From Microbacterium sp. (GTDB lineage Bacteria > Actinomycetota > Actinomycetes > Actinomycetales > Microbacteriaceae): a DNA stretch of 64,000 nt. Positions 7,601 to 17,892 of this stretch are shown here, piece by piece. Both the position numbers and the translations under genes were made by a program. The notes below the pieces were generated by a model. It had not been told where the DNA came from and did not search any database. It saw nothing but the letters and a program-made list of their open reading frames with translations. Every line of letters begins with the position of its first letter. Position 1 is the stretch's first letter. Where the stretch lies: contig JARBUN010000013.1 in NCBI GenBank assembly GCA_029239635.1, positions 12,667 through 76,666 of the forward strand, in the 5' to 3' direction.

Positions 7601-9559
7601 ATGAGCGCGACCATCGTCACCCCGGCACCGGTCCGGCGCGAAACCCTCGACGCAGCGGACCGCGCTCGGCCTTTCCTCCGCCGGGACACCTTCTACGCCG
7701 AAGCGGACGACGGAGTCCAGTTCGCCTCCGCTGGGCCGGCCTTCCACCTGAGCGGACGCGGTTCCTTCCCGGTCTTCGAGCGGATCGCGCCGTTCCTCGA
7801 CGGTCAGGTGTCCCGCGCGGAGTTGCGCGCAGCTCTCGGCCCCGTGCACTGGCCGGTCGTCGAGCGGATCCTCGGCCATCTCGCCGAGCGCGGCTTCCTC
7901 CGCTGGATCGCCCAGGAGGACGTCGACACGGTCGGGGAGGACGACCGCACCGCCTACGCCGAGCAGATCGCGTTCCTCGCGCAGTACACCGACACCCCCC
8001 ACGCTTCGTTCGCGATGTTCCGCGATGCGCCCGTCTCTCTCGTCGGGCAGTGCCCGCTCGGTGACGCCGTCGTCCAGAACCTCGCGGCGAACGGGCACCG
8101 CGACCTGACCGTCGTCGACACGTCCGAAGCGGGCCCGCTCTCGGACGATGCCCGTGACGCGGTCCACCTGCTGATCCTGCCCACGGCCGAGGCCTACGCG
8201 TGGTTCGCGCGGCATCGGGGGCAGCTGGATCCCGCGCGGTGCCTGCTCGTCCTCCCCGTCGGCGACCGGCTGTGGGTCCTGCCCCACGCGTGGCGTGCGG
8301 ACGCCCACGCCGCGCCGGACTGGAAGGATGCCGTCATCGCGCTCGAGGGGGCCGGGGTCGCCCCCGCCCTCGAAACGCTGTTCGCCGCGGCGGAGGAAGG
8401 CCTCACCCCGCTGCAGGGTCGCGCCGCATCGGTGCAGGTCCAGCGGATGCTGGGTGCTCTGCTCTCGTACGAGATCTTCAAGGGTCTCACCGGGGCTCTC
8501 GCCCCCGAGACCGAGGCAGGTGCCATCTCGCTCGACGCGACCACCGGCGAGACCGTGGCGCACCGCATTCTTCCCAGCACGCAGCGCAGCCGCGTGACGT
8601 CCGCACCCGCGTCCTCCCCGACGAAGAAGGCCACGAGCCTCACACCCGACGACTCTCGACCGGACGATTACGGACGGTGGGAGCGTCTCGTCGGTTCCCT
8701 CACCATGCCGATCACGGGGTTCGCGGACGAGCACCTGATCCAGCTCCCCCTGAAGGTCGCCGTCGCGACGACGAGCGAGGGCGCCGCGGTCCGGGCACCG
8801 AGCCTCTGGACCCTCGCCGACGCGCGGAGCGAGGCGATCGCCCGCGTGTACGAGGAGCTCGTCGCGAGCCTCGAACCGCCCCGTCCGCTCCTGCCGTTCA
8901 CGTCGTTCGACGGCGAGAGGGCCGAAATCGACGCGGCGCGGATCTTCCGCCGTTCTCGCGCGAATGCGGCCGGGCGCTATGAGCGTTCCGCCGCCGCGGT
9001 CGGTGTCGCCCTCACCGAGGGGGATGCCGTGCTCCGGGCGCTCTTCAAGGCGGCCACCGAGCACCTCCTGCTGCAGCACGTGTCCGAGCCCGCCGGGGCC
9101 GTGCTGTCCGCCGCTCCCGAAGGCACCGTCCTCACCTTCCTCGCCGATGCCTCCGCCGGCTCGGGCGACCTCGGGTACATCGCCCTCGGGTCGCTCGCCG
9201 TCGCCGGGACGACGCTCGAGGTCCACGTGGTGATCGCGACGCTCGCCGTGGACGACCGCCTGCTGTGGCACGTCGCGGCCGGAGACAGCGCCGCAGCCGC
9301 CGCCGCCACCGCGGCGACCGAGGTGATCGCCCTCGGCCAGTACGACGATGCGGGGGCGAGGACACCGTCGATGGAGATCTGGCCCGGCATCGACCCTCGC
9401 GCCCTCGTCGCCGCGGAGACCCCGGAAACCGCGGAGACCGCGGAGACCGCGGAAGCCGTGACGCGCACGACGCGGGCACGGGTGGTCGCCGCGTCCCTTC
9501 GCGCCCCCGTGCTCACCGCCGCCGACCTCCACGCCGCCGCCGCGGTCGTGCTCGGATGA
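7601..9559 (+). CDS. TOMM/ocin-ThiF-like leader-peptide-binding protein (RRE plus E1-like plus degenerate YcaO-like region)
   Basis: RPFLRRDTFY...PFLDGQ RRE; YAEQIAFLAQY; SYEIFKGLTG; ERLVGSLT...QLPLKV docking-like segment. Confidence 0.8.
   Translation: MSATIVTPAPVRRETLDAADRARPFLRRDTFYAEADDGVQFASAGPAFHLSGRGSFPVFERIAPFLDGQVSRAELRAALGPVHWPVVERILGHLAERGFLRWIAQEDVDTVGEDDRTAYAEQIAFLAQYTDTPHASFAMFRDAPVSLVGQCPLGDAVVQNLAANGHRDLTVVDTSEAGPLSDDARDAVHLLILPTAEAYAWFARHRGQLDPARCLLVLPVGDRLWVLPHAWRADAHAAPDWKDAVIALEGAGVAPALETLFAAAEEGLTPLQGRAASVQVQRMLGALLSYEIFKGLTGALAPETEAGAISLDATTGETVAHRILPSTQRSRVTSAPASSPTKKATSLTPDDSRPDDYGRWERLVGSLTMPITGFADEHLIQLPLKVAVATTSEGAAVRAPSLWTLADARSEAIARVYEELVASLEPPRPLLPFTSFDGERAEIDAARIFRRSRANAAGRYERSAAAVGVALTEGDAVLRALFKAATEHLLLQHVSEPAGAVLSAAPEGTVLTFLADASAGSGDLGYIALGSLAVAGTTLEVHVVIATLAVDDRLLWHVAAGDSAAAAAATAATEVIALGQYDDAGARTPSMEIWPGIDPRALVAAETPETAETAETAEAVTRTTRARVVAASLRAPVLTAADLHAAAAVVLG
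9412..9457 (+). repeat. In-frame 9-bp tandem repeat encoding (AET)n
   Basis: GCGGAGACC-like units give AAETPETAETAETAEA. Confidence 0.7.
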
Positions 9560-11199
9560 CGGGACGGACCGTGAAGCTGCTGACATCCGACCGCTACGTG
9601 CTCGCCCCCGCGCCGCACCACTGCACCGAGTGCGCCCGCAAGCGCCTCGGCGACATGGATGACTTCCAGCTCCGCAGTCCCGCGGACCGGCGCCGATCGG
9701 TGAGCGCCGCCGCGACGAACCCCTTCCTCTCGATCTTCGTCGACGCTTTCGTCCCGGATCTCACGACCGTCGACGAGCGTTACACGGCCATCGGCGTGCA
9801 CGATCTGCGCGTGCACCACGGTGAGGTCGTGGACGCGGCGCACTGTCCGCACGCCCGCGCCTCGGTCGTCGTGCCGCGGGAGCGCGGCGACGGGTACCGC
9901 CCCTATCCGCTCGCGGGATATTTCGCGACGGCCCCGGAGGCGCCCGAGCTGTGCAACCCGGTGACGGGGGTCCTGTCGGCTCACGCGACGGACGACGTCG
10001 CTTCGCTCGTGACCGCGAAGGTCTCGGGGTTCACGATGTCGCACGGCGAGCACGGCCCCTACGTCCGCGCGTGGGGCGGGCACTGCGAGAGCTATGCACG
10101 ATCGCGGTGGGTCGGGCTGGTCGAGGGCATCGAGCGCATCTGCTGCGCCGAGCCGTCTCCGGCGGACCTGTGGGGCGCGGTCCCCGAGGGCGTGCGCGAG
10201 ATCGGGCTGGACGAGTTCGGAGTGGATGCCGCGTCCTGGCGGATCCCCCACCCCGTCGTCGGCACGTGGACCCTCGGCCGGGACCTGGTCACGGGAGAAC
10301 CCGTCGCCCTACCGACACGGACCGTCTTCTACGAGGCACCGATCGCCGATCCGGTCTACGTCCAGGACTCGTCCAGCGGGTGCGCGGCCGGAGGCAGCGA
10401 CGCCGAAGCCACGCTGTTCGGTCTGCTCGAAGTCGTCGAACGCGATGCCTTCCTCCTTGCCTGGTACGGCGACCTCCCGCTCCGGGAGATCCGCACCGAC
10501 AGCATCCGCGACGAGGAGTCCCGCCATTACCTGCAGCGGCTGAGACTCGTCGGACGCACCGTGCGCTTCCTCGACGCGACGGTCGGGGTCGGCATCCCGA
10601 CCGTCGTCGCGGTGTGCGACACGGCATCCGGGGGCGTCTGCCTGGGCGCGGGGTCGCACCCCGACCCGGAACGCGCGCTGAAATCGGCGCTCGTCGAAGT
10701 GGCATCCGATTTCCAGGTCATCGAGACCCGCGTTCATCAGCGACGCAACGAGCTCGAGGACATGCTGCGGGACCCCGACGGCGTCCGCGGCGTCGAAGAC
10801 CACGCCGACCTGTACGGGCTGCCCGGCGCCCGCGAATGGCTGACCACGTGGGCGCACACTCCGACCCCCGTATCGACGCAGGTCGCGCTCGCGGAGCTGC
10901 GTCGGAACGCCGCCGCGGGCGCCGGCGTCGAGACGGACCTGGATCTCGTCGTCGAAGCGATCGCCGCCGCGGGGTTCTCGCCCCTCGTCGTCGACGTCGG
11001 CTCGAGCCTGTCCCGCCGCTACGGGTTCAGCTGCGTCAAGGCGGTCGTCCCGGGCCTGCTGCCCATCGATTTCGGGTGGTCGAACCAGCGCGCGCTGCGC
11101 ATGCCGCGCCTCCGCGAGCAGAGCGAGCGCTGGCTACGGCAGCACGGCGGTGCCGACGAGACCTTCCTGCCGCACCAGCGCCCCCACCCGTTTCCTTGA
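9556..11199 (+). CDS. YcaO cyclodehydratase (azoline-forming)
   Basis: N-terminal CTEC, VEGIERIC, SSGCAAG...LLEVVERDAFL ATP-binding motifs, C-terminal PHPFP; ATGA overlap. Confidence 0.92.
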   Translation: MTGRTVKLLTSDRYVLAPAPHHCTECARKRLGDMDDFQLRSPADRRRSVSAAATNPFLSIFVDAFVPDLTTVDERYTAIGVHDLRVHHGEVVDAAHCPHARASVVVPRERGDGYRPYPLAGYFATAPEAPELCNPVTGVLSAHATDDVASLVTAKVSGFTMSHGEHGPYVRAWGGHCESYARSRWVGLVEGIERICCAEPSPADLWGAVPEGVREIGLDEFGVDAASWRIPHPVVGTWTLGRDLVTGEPVALPTRTVFYEAPIADPVYVQDSSSGCAAGGSDAEATLFGLLEVVERDAFLLAWYGDLPLREIRTDSIRDEESRHYLQRLRLVGRTVRFLDATVGVGIPTVVAVCDTASGGVCLGAGSHPDPERALKSALVEVASDFQVIETRVHQRRNELEDMLRDPDGVRGVEDHADLYGLPGAREWLTTWAHTPTPVSTQVALAELRRNAAAGAGVETDLDLVVEAIAAAGFSPLVVDVGSSLSRRYGFSCVKAVVPGLLPIDFGWSNQRALRMPRLREQSERWLRQHGGADETFLPHQRPHPFP

Positions 11200-11214
11200 G
11201 CCGGAGAACCTGAC

Positions 11215-12747
11215 ATGTCGATTCACGCTTGGCCCGGCGTCCTCCCGGGGACGGCAGCCGTCCGTTACGCGCACCTCATCCTCGATCGCGTGCGGGACGG
11301 GATGCCGAACGACGACTGGAAGGTCGACTGGACGAACGCCCCCCTCACGGTGGCCGACTACCGAGACGCGCCGCTGCGCCTCATGGATGCCGACGAGTCG
11401 ACCGACGTCGACGGAGCCGCGCCCCGTGCTCTCAGCCGCACGATCGCCGCGGTCTGTCTGAGCGCCTACGGCATCACGGGTCCGCGACTCAACGTCAACC
11501 TCAACGACCGCCCCGAGGTCCACGCGCGGGTCGCGAACGTCAAGTGGGGACGCGGAGCCGCATCGGGCGGGGGCCGTTACGGCATCGACCTCTATCTCGT
11601 CCACGGCGGAGACGACGCACTGGACGCGGGTGTCTATCACTTCAGCGTGATCGCCAACGGGTGGGAGCAGCTGCAGCGCCACGACCGCACCCGCGAGGTC
11701 CGCGGCATCCAGAGCTACGTCCGCGAGGCGCGGTCGTACCTCGTGGCGACCGTCAACTTCTGGCGCTCGGCGTTCAAGTACAGCGATTTGGCCTACCAAG
11801 CGACGGCGATGGACGTCGGAACGTTCTTCGGTGCGCAGTGGGAGACCCTCGGCGACGACGTCGCGGGCACGTGGGACATGGAGGTCGACGAGACGGGTCT
11901 CGCCGCCCTGCTCGGCATCGATCCCCGGGATCAGGGCGTGTACGCCGTGCAAGCGTGGGGGCCGATCCCGGCAGGAGCGGCGCGCGAGGTCGTCGTGCCG
12001 GCGCCTCCGCCGGTCGCGGCGTTCCGTCGCGACCGCGCGGTCGTCCGCTTCCCCACCGCGACCGCTCTCCAGGACGACATGCGCCGGGAGAGCCCGGATG
12101 TGTCGGCACGGACGAAGCTCGCGATCGTCCCCGACACCACCGTCCCCGACGACGCGGGCCGCCGTCGCCTCGCCGCCCGGGAGACGAGCTTCGGTCGCTT
12201 CAGCGGAGAGTCCATCACCGAGGACGCGCTCGACCGGATCGTCGCTCGCGGCCGATCCGCCGCCCACGCCCTCACCGGCGGGGCTCCCCACGCGCCCGCG
12301 CTCTCGTTCCTCATCTACGCCCACCGGGTCGAGGGGCTCGAACCGGCCTTGTACCTCGACGACGAAGAGGGGCGTCGTCGCCTCGACGACGGCGATCAGT
12401 CGTCGTTCCTCGAGAGCACGTACTTCCTGCACAACTACATGGGGCGGCGCGCCGCGTGCACTCTCATCGTGTGTGCCGCCGTGATCGACGCCGCTCGCAC
12501 GCGCGGCGTGCGTGGATACCGCGTGACGAACGCGGTCGTCGGCGCCGCGTGCCAGGCGCTGCTCACCGACGCGAACGCCGTCGGAGTCGCCACGGGCACC
12601 GCCCTCGGATTCGACGCCGCCGCCCACGCGCGGCACGCCGGGATCGATCCACGGGAGAGCACCCCGATGCTCATGATCATGCTGGGGGTCGACACCCCGG
12701 GCTCGGGACGCGTGCGCGCCGACATGACGGCCGAGGTGGCGTCGTGA
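11215..12747 (+). CDS. SagB-type FMN-dependent azoline dehydrogenase (tandem nitroreductase domains)
   Basis: RGAASGGGRY, GVYHF, FWRSAFKYSDLAY; second domain RETSFGRF...RGYRV...TALGFD. Confidence 0.9.
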   Translation: MSIHAWPGVLPGTAAVRYAHLILDRVRDGMPNDDWKVDWTNAPLTVADYRDAPLRLMDADESTDVDGAAPRALSRTIAAVCLSAYGITGPRLNVNLNDRPEVHARVANVKWGRGAASGGGRYGIDLYLVHGGDDALDAGVYHFSVIANGWEQLQRHDRTREVRGIQSYVREARSYLVATVNFWRSAFKYSDLAYQATAMDVGTFFGAQWETLGDDVAGTWDMEVDETGLAALLGIDPRDQGVYAVQAWGPIPAGAAREVVVPAPPPVAAFRRDRAVVRFPTATALQDDMRRESPDVSARTKLAIVPDTTVPDDAGRRRLAARETSFGRFSGESITEDALDRIVARGRSAAHALTGGAPHAPALSFLIYAHRVEGLEPALYLDDEEGRRRLDDGDQSSFLESTYFLHNYMGRRAACTLIVCAAVIDAARTRGVRGYRVTNAVVGAACQALLTDANAVGVATGTALGFDAAAHARHAGIDPRESTPMLMIMLGVDTPGSGRVRADMTAEVAS

Positions 12748-15410
12748 GCGCGGCCGTGGACGCTCGGTGGCAGCTGAGATTCGGGGGGTTGCCGGCATCC
12801 GTCGTCCGCGAGCTGGAAGACCCGGCGCACCGCGACAGCTTCGGAGCCTTCTGGGATGCCTCTCGGCACCTGTCCGCGGCGAAGCAGGCCGTGAGCGACG
12901 CCCTGCACGGCCTCATCTCCGCGCGGCGGGAGGCGGGGGCGGAGACCGCGACGCTCGTCGCCCTCCGTCGCGCCCTGTTCAAGCAGGACGCCGACGCGGT
13001 CGAGCGTCGCCTCGCGGCCCTCACCCCGCTCGAGCGAGACGGCGTGCTCGACCGCCTCGGGGAGCATGCGGAGCCGCTGCGGGCATGGCTGGCGCACGAG
13101 CGCCGGCACCGCGAGGACTTCGACGAGATGCTCGCCGGGCAGCGCACACGGCTCTGGGAACAGGTGGCGCAGCACGGCTTCCTTCCGGGTCTCGCCCTCT
13201 CGGCCCCCGACCTCGTCGCCGAGGTCGACCGGTACGGCCGGGAGCTCGCGGCGCAGGGACGGGTCGACAAGCGGGGCAAGCGCGTCGAACGCTCGCTCGT
13301 GTCGTACGTGACCCGAGCGGCGGCGAAGACGACGCCGTTCTCCTCCCTCGGTCCTGTCGCCTTTCCCGGTGCGACACCGCGCTCGAGCGCCGAGGAGGGC
13401 CGCTTCGCGCGCTCCCGCTGGTCGGTGTATCCGCTCGCCCGCGTGCTGTCGGCGATCGCCGAGGACGCGGACCTCGTCGCGGGAGTCTCACTCCGCCGCA
13501 GCCCGTACGTCCGGCGACAGGATGCCGCGACCCTCGTCGACCGTGCGACCTGGACGTTCTCCGAGGTCGACACCCGCGACGACTACGCGGCGTGCGTCGA
13601 ATCCCGCGTGCGCCTTCCCGCGGAGGGCGTCCTCGCCGCGGTCGACGAGATCATGGACCGGCTCGGGGACGACACGACGTGGGGTGCGCTGACGGACGAG
13701 CTCGTCGACTCGGCGGGTCTCGACCATGACCGCGCCTCGGACCTCGTCGCCAGCCTCGTTCGGCTCGGCGTCCTCGTCGCCCCCGCACTGACGATCGACG
13801 CGTTCGACGCGGACGCCTTCGACACCACTCTGGAGCAGATCGCCGGCGGCGGCTCGCGCGCCGAAGAGATCGCCGTCGCTCTGCGCCGCTATCGGGACGA
13901 CGCCGCCGCCACGGTCGACGTCGTCGATCCCCGCGAGCGCGCCGCGCACGTCCAACGGCTCCGCGGGCTGGTCGCGGACATCTACGCCACCGCGGGAATC
14001 ATCGCCGAGCCGCCGCGATCGGTCGTCTACGAAGACGTCGTCTTCCCCGCGTCCGGCTCGAGTCTCGCGGAGCCGCTGGCGACCTCGGCATCCGGTGCCG
14101 ATGCTCTTCTGGCCTTCGTCGATCTGCTCGACACGAGTCACGTGAAGCGCGATCTCCTCACCGGCTATTACCGCCACCTCCGCGAGGCCGGAGAGGAAGT
14201 CGACGATGTCGCCGCGTTCCTGCGAGGTTTCGACGTCGACCTGCTCGAGTCGTTCGAGGGCTACGTCCTCTCCGACATCGCCGACGACGAGCTCGAGACC
14301 GACCCGTGGCTCCGCTGGGGCGGCGCGTGGCGACGCGAAGCGGCCCGCCGTGAGCTGCTGTCGGTCCTCCTCCGCCACCAGCGCGCCGTCCCCTTCGACG
14401 GCATCGACATCGCGGCCGAACTGGACGCGCCGCCGGTCGACCTCGAGGCGGAGGCGCGCCGGATCTCCGCGACGACCTCGCGTCTGACGGCGCCGTTCCG
14501 TCACCTCAATCTCCTCCTCCAGCACGACGTCGCGTCGGGGGTCACCGTGATGAACGACTGCTTCGGCGGGGTCGGCTTCTCGGTCTCCCGCTTCTCCCAC
14601 GTCATGTCCGAGCCGGCGTCGGAACTCACCGACGACGTCGAACGGGCCGCCGAGACCGCGGGCGTGCGGCTCGTGGAGATCAGCGGCGGAACCGTCTTCT
14701 CGAATCTGAACCTGCACGCCCCCGTACTGCTCGTCCGCTTGGCGGTGCCGGGCGACCCGGTGCGACCGGGAGACTCCGGCATCCGGCTCGACGACCTCGC
14801 GGTGCGATGGTCGGACGCCCACGAGCGGGTCATGCTCGTCGAACGGGCCACGGGGATGATCGTCCACCCGGAGTACGCGGGCTACCTGGTGCCGGCGGCG
14901 ACGCCTCGCCTGCATCAGTCGCTGTCCCTGCTGACCCCCTCGGCGAGCCTGAGCTCGAAGCCCGCGGATCTGCTGCGGGTCGTCCCGGAGGCCGGCACGG
15001 TCGTCGTGCGCCGCCGCATGAGCATCGGCGACGTCGTCGTGGTGCGCGCGGCCGCCCTCCTCCGCGGCTCCGACGTGCCGACACACGATCCGCTCACGCG
15101 CGAGGGAAACCTCGCGTGGCAGCGCTTCTGGGCGCGCCACGCGCTTCCGCCCCGCGCGTACGTGCGCGTGCTCCACGGGACTCCCGGTCGACGGGCGAAG
15201 CCGTTCTTCCTCGACGTGACGCTCGCGCTGTGCCTGTCGAACCTGCACAGCCAGATGAGGGATGCCGAGGACCAGACGGTCCTCGAGATCACCGAGGCGC
15301 TGCCCGACCCCCACGGCGCGGCCGAACGAGGCGACGGATCCCCCCGTGTCGCCGAGGCGATGGCGGGCGTCAGCATCATCGACCGATCGACCTGGAAGGA
15401 AAGCGTATGA
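12744..15410 (+). CDS. LanB-type dehydratase, glutamylation domain (split LanB)
   Basis: YVTRAAAKTTPFSSLG, VYED, FSRF-like, NLNLH, KPFFLD and EALPDP motifs; GTGA overlap; 888 aa. Confidence 0.9.
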   Translation: MSAAVDARWQLRFGGLPASVVRELEDPAHRDSFGAFWDASRHLSAAKQAVSDALHGLISARREAGAETATLVALRRALFKQDADAVERRLAALTPLERDGVLDRLGEHAEPLRAWLAHERRHREDFDEMLAGQRTRLWEQVAQHGFLPGLALSAPDLVAEVDRYGRELAAQGRVDKRGKRVERSLVSYVTRAAAKTTPFSSLGPVAFPGATPRSSAEEGRFARSRWSVYPLARVLSAIAEDADLVAGVSLRRSPYVRRQDAATLVDRATWTFSEVDTRDDYAACVESRVRLPAEGVLAAVDEIMDRLGDDTTWGALTDELVDSAGLDHDRASDLVASLVRLGVLVAPALTIDAFDADAFDTTLEQIAGGGSRAEEIAVALRRYRDDAAATVDVVDPRERAAHVQRLRGLVADIYATAGIIAEPPRSVVYEDVVFPASGSSLAEPLATSASGADALLAFVDLLDTSHVKRDLLTGYYRHLREAGEEVDDVAAFLRGFDVDLLESFEGYVLSDIADDELETDPWLRWGGAWRREAARRELLSVLLRHQRAVPFDGIDIAAELDAPPVDLEAEARRISATTSRLTAPFRHLNLLLQHDVASGVTVMNDCFGGVGFSVSRFSHVMSEPASELTDDVERAAETAGVRLVEISGGTVFSNLNLHAPVLLVRLAVPGDPVRPGDSGIRLDDLAVRWSDAHERVMLVERATGMIVHPEYAGYLVPAATPRLHQSLSLLTPSASLSSKPADLLRVVPEAGTVVVRRRMSIGDVVVVRAAALLRGSDVPTHDPLTREGNLAWQRFWARHALPPRAYVRVLHGTPGRRAKPFFLDVTLALCLSNLHSQMRDAEDQTVLEITEALPDPHGAAERGDGSPRVAEAMAGVSIIDRSTWKESV

Positions 15411-16468
15411 GCGCCGTGATCCCCCTCCCCCACAGCCCCGGGGCGACCCGCGTGGACGACGAGGACGCACGCTGGGTGTCCTTCCACGTCTTCTACGGCG
15501 GTTCTCCCGACATCCTGCTGACCGAGTGTCTGATCCCCCTCGCCGACGCGCTCGTGCGCGACGGGGTCGTCCGCGACTGGTTCTACATCAACTACTGGCT
15601 CGAGGGCAGCCATGTCCGGCTGCGGCTGCGCGTTCCTCGCGAACGCACCGACGCCGCTCTCGACAGCCTCGTGCTCCCCGCCGTCGAGAGCTATCTCGCG
15701 CGCAAACCCTCGATGCATCCGATGCTCGAGCTCGCCGACAACGGCTTCTACGAGCGACTCTTCGTCGGGGAGTTCACGGATGCCGATCGCCCGCGCCACT
15801 TCGACGACGACGGCGTCCCGCTCTTCCGGCCCAACAACTCGATCGAGCGGCGCGACTACGAACGGGAGACCTTCCGCTACGGCGGCCCGGAGTGCATGAT
15901 GCTCGCGGAGGAGCACTTCGTCGCCTCGACGCGCCTCGCGTGCGACGTGATGGGCGGAGGGAACCAGAACGTCCGGAGCCTCCTGCTGGGCATCGCCTCG
16001 CAGCTCAGCTTCGTGACCGCCTGCACGCTGCTGCGTGACCGCGATCTCGTCGCCGATTTCTTCGTCGCGTATCACCACCGATGGGCCTCCGGCTACGCCG
16101 AAGAGACCCCCTACGCCACCGAGAAGGGGCGCCGCACTCACGCCCTGACCGCCGTCAACCTCCGCCGCCGTCTCCTCCCGCTCCTCGACCGCCTCGTCGC
16201 CGACGACCTGGAGGGGATGCCGCAGCGGCTCCGCGACTGGGCGCAGACGAACCGCCGCGTGCGCGCGGGATTGGACGAGCTGTTCGACAGGGACGTCCTC
16301 CGCTTCGACTACCAGGACGGACGGCGGGCGCCGGAGTCGCCGTCGGCGGCGGCGTGGTCGCTGTGCCACTCGCTCATCCACATGACCAACAACCGCATGA
16401 TGGTGTCGGTCGCCGACGAGGCCTTCATCGCGTACCAGATCGCCGAAGCGATGGGGACGCCGGCATGA
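15407..16468 (+). CDS. Glutamate elimination protein (Lant_dehydr_C / thiopeptide-type biosynthesis protein)
   Basis: WVSFHVFY, WFYINYWLEGSHVRLR, YERETFRYGG, HMTNNRM...DEAFIAY. Confidence 0.9.
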   Translation: MSAVIPLPHSPGATRVDDEDARWVSFHVFYGGSPDILLTECLIPLADALVRDGVVRDWFYINYWLEGSHVRLRLRVPRERTDAALDSLVLPAVESYLARKPSMHPMLELADNGFYERLFVGEFTDADRPRHFDDDGVPLFRPNNSIERRDYERETFRYGGPECMMLAEEHFVASTRLACDVMGGGNQNVRSLLLGIASQLSFVTACTLLRDRDLVADFFVAYHHRWASGYAEETPYATEKGRRTHALTAVNLRRRLLPLLDRLVADDLEGMPQRLRDWAQTNRRVRAGLDELFDRDVLRFDYQDGRRAPESPSAAAWSLCHSLIHMTNNRMMVSVADEAFIAYQIAEAMGTPA

Positions 16469-17580
16469 GCGGCGAGACGCCCACGCCGGTGCTGCCCGAC
16501 ACCGCCCCGTGGCGCCCCCTGGTCGCCCCGGGCGTGCAGGTGGGTCCGGCCCGGTGGAACGGCGAGCAGCTGAAGAGCGACGCGTCCGTCGCCGGGCAGA
16601 ACCGCATCCTGCGTCTCGGTCTGCGGGAGCGACTGATCCTCGACGCGATCGACGGGCGGCGGACGGTGGCGGAGATCCACACGTCCCTGACCGATCAGGG
16701 GCTCCCCGCTCCTGCCGAGGTCGTCGTGGCATCCCTGAACCGGTTCCTCGCCTTCGGACTCGTCGAGCGCCCGTTCACCGTGGCGGCCCCGACGATCGAG
16801 GCACTCGACACGCGAGCCGAGATCGCCGCCGAGAACCTTTCCGAGGTGTGGGCCACGGGAGCCCGTTCCGGTCGGGCGTCGCGGGTGCGGTCGGCGCTCG
16901 CGTCGTGGCCGTCGTTCGTCGTCGCACTCGTGATCGGCGCCGCCGCCACGGTCCTGGCCGCGACGGCATGGCCTGCCGCCGTGATCGCGGTGACGCACCT
17001 CACGAACCCTCTGTGGCTCGTGCCCGCCGCCGTGCTCGCGGTGGTCTGGAACCTCGGGGTCACCCTCGCGCACGAAGGGGCTCACATGAGCACCTTCCGC
17101 GCGCTCTCCGGGCGGAGCGCGCGCCTGTCGGTGACGCGCCTCGGCGTCGTCCCGATGATCAACACCCAGCTCGACGGTGTCGGTCTGCTCGATCCGGGGC
17201 GGAAGGTGCGCGTCGTCGCGAGCGGCCCGCTCGTCTCGCTGCTCGCGCTCCTCGTGCCGTGGACCGTCTTCGTCCTCGCCCCCGGGGGCAGCGTCCTCGA
17301 GCTCTTCGCCGCCGCGTCGCTCCTCCTCGACCTCGCGGTCGTCGGCCTCGCCCTGTCGTTCTTCCCCAACACCGACGGCAGTCGACTCCTCGAGGCGGTG
17401 GCATCCGTCGATCAGATCCAGGCTGTCGCCTTCCGCACCATCTCCCGGCGCTACCGCCTGCCTCGCGCGCTCCCGCTGCTCACCCGCGTCGCGGTCCGCG
17501 TCTATCCAGTCTTGCTCTCAGCGACCGTCCTGGCGGTGCTGCTGGCGGGAGTGCTCGTCGTCCGGCTGGCACTGAGCTGA
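16465..17580 (+). CDS. RRE(PqqD-like)-M50 membrane metallopeptidase fusion
   Basis: N-terminal ILDAIDGRRTVAEI winged helix; TM helices with HEGAH, SGPLVS and FPNTDG site-2 protease motifs. Confidence 0.82.
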   Translation: MSGETPTPVLPDTAPWRPLVAPGVQVGPARWNGEQLKSDASVAGQNRILRLGLRERLILDAIDGRRTVAEIHTSLTDQGLPAPAEVVVASLNRFLAFGLVERPFTVAAPTIEALDTRAEIAAENLSEVWATGARSGRASRVRSALASWPSFVVALVIGAAATVLAATAWPAAVIAVTHLTNPLWLVPAAVLAVVWNLGVTLAHEGAHMSTFRALSGRSARLSVTRLGVVPMINTQLDGVGLLDPGRKVRVVASGPLVSLLALLVPWTVFVLAPGGSVLELFAAASLLLDLAVVGLALSFFPNTDGSRLLEAVASVDQIQAVAFRTISRRYRLPRALPLLTRVAVRVYPVLLSATVLAVLLAGVLVVRLALS

Positions 17581-17619
17581 GTCGCACCCGCGGCTCGGCA
17601 CACCTTCGAAAGGGAAATC

Positions 17620-17805
17620 ATGAACAACCTGTCATCGCTCGCCGTCGAACTGGACGCCTTCGAGGTCGACACCCTCGAGGTCAAGGACTACGTCGACTAC
17701 TCCGAAATGGCGTTCGGCTCCACGTGTTCGTCGTCCTCGTCGTCGTCCTGCTCGTCGACGTGCACCTCGTGCTGCACCTCGACGTCGTCGTGCGCCACGG
17801 CCTGA
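17620..17805 (+). CDS. RiPP precursor peptide 1 (acidic leader plus Ser/Thr/Cys core)
   Basis: Leader MNNLSSLAVELDAFEVDTLEVKDYVDYSEMAFG, core STCSSSSSSSCSSTCTSCCTSTSSCATA; GAAAGGG RBS. Confidence 0.95.
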   Translation: MNNLSSLAVELDAFEVDTLEVKDYVDYSEMAFGSTCSSSSSSSCSSTCTSCCTSTSSCATA

Positions 17806-17834
17806 CCCCGGGCTGATCCCCGCTTCACCCCACT

Positions 17835-17873
17835 TGCGGTGCTGGGGCGAGCATCCCTCGTCCCAGCACCGCA
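17835..17873 (+). other. 17-bp stem-loop after precursor 1 (mRNA stabiliser or leaky terminator)
   Basis: TGCGGTGCTGGGGCGAG-CATCC-CTCGTCCCAGCACCGCA; no U-tract. Confidence 0.7.
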
Positions 17874-17892
17874 TCACCTGAAGGAGAGCATC

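Noticed and set aside
11229-15410. 1393-aa ORF as a giant fused dehydratase
   Set aside because: The first ~505 codons are an off-frame overlap with the dehydrogenase gene; the real start is the GTG at 12744
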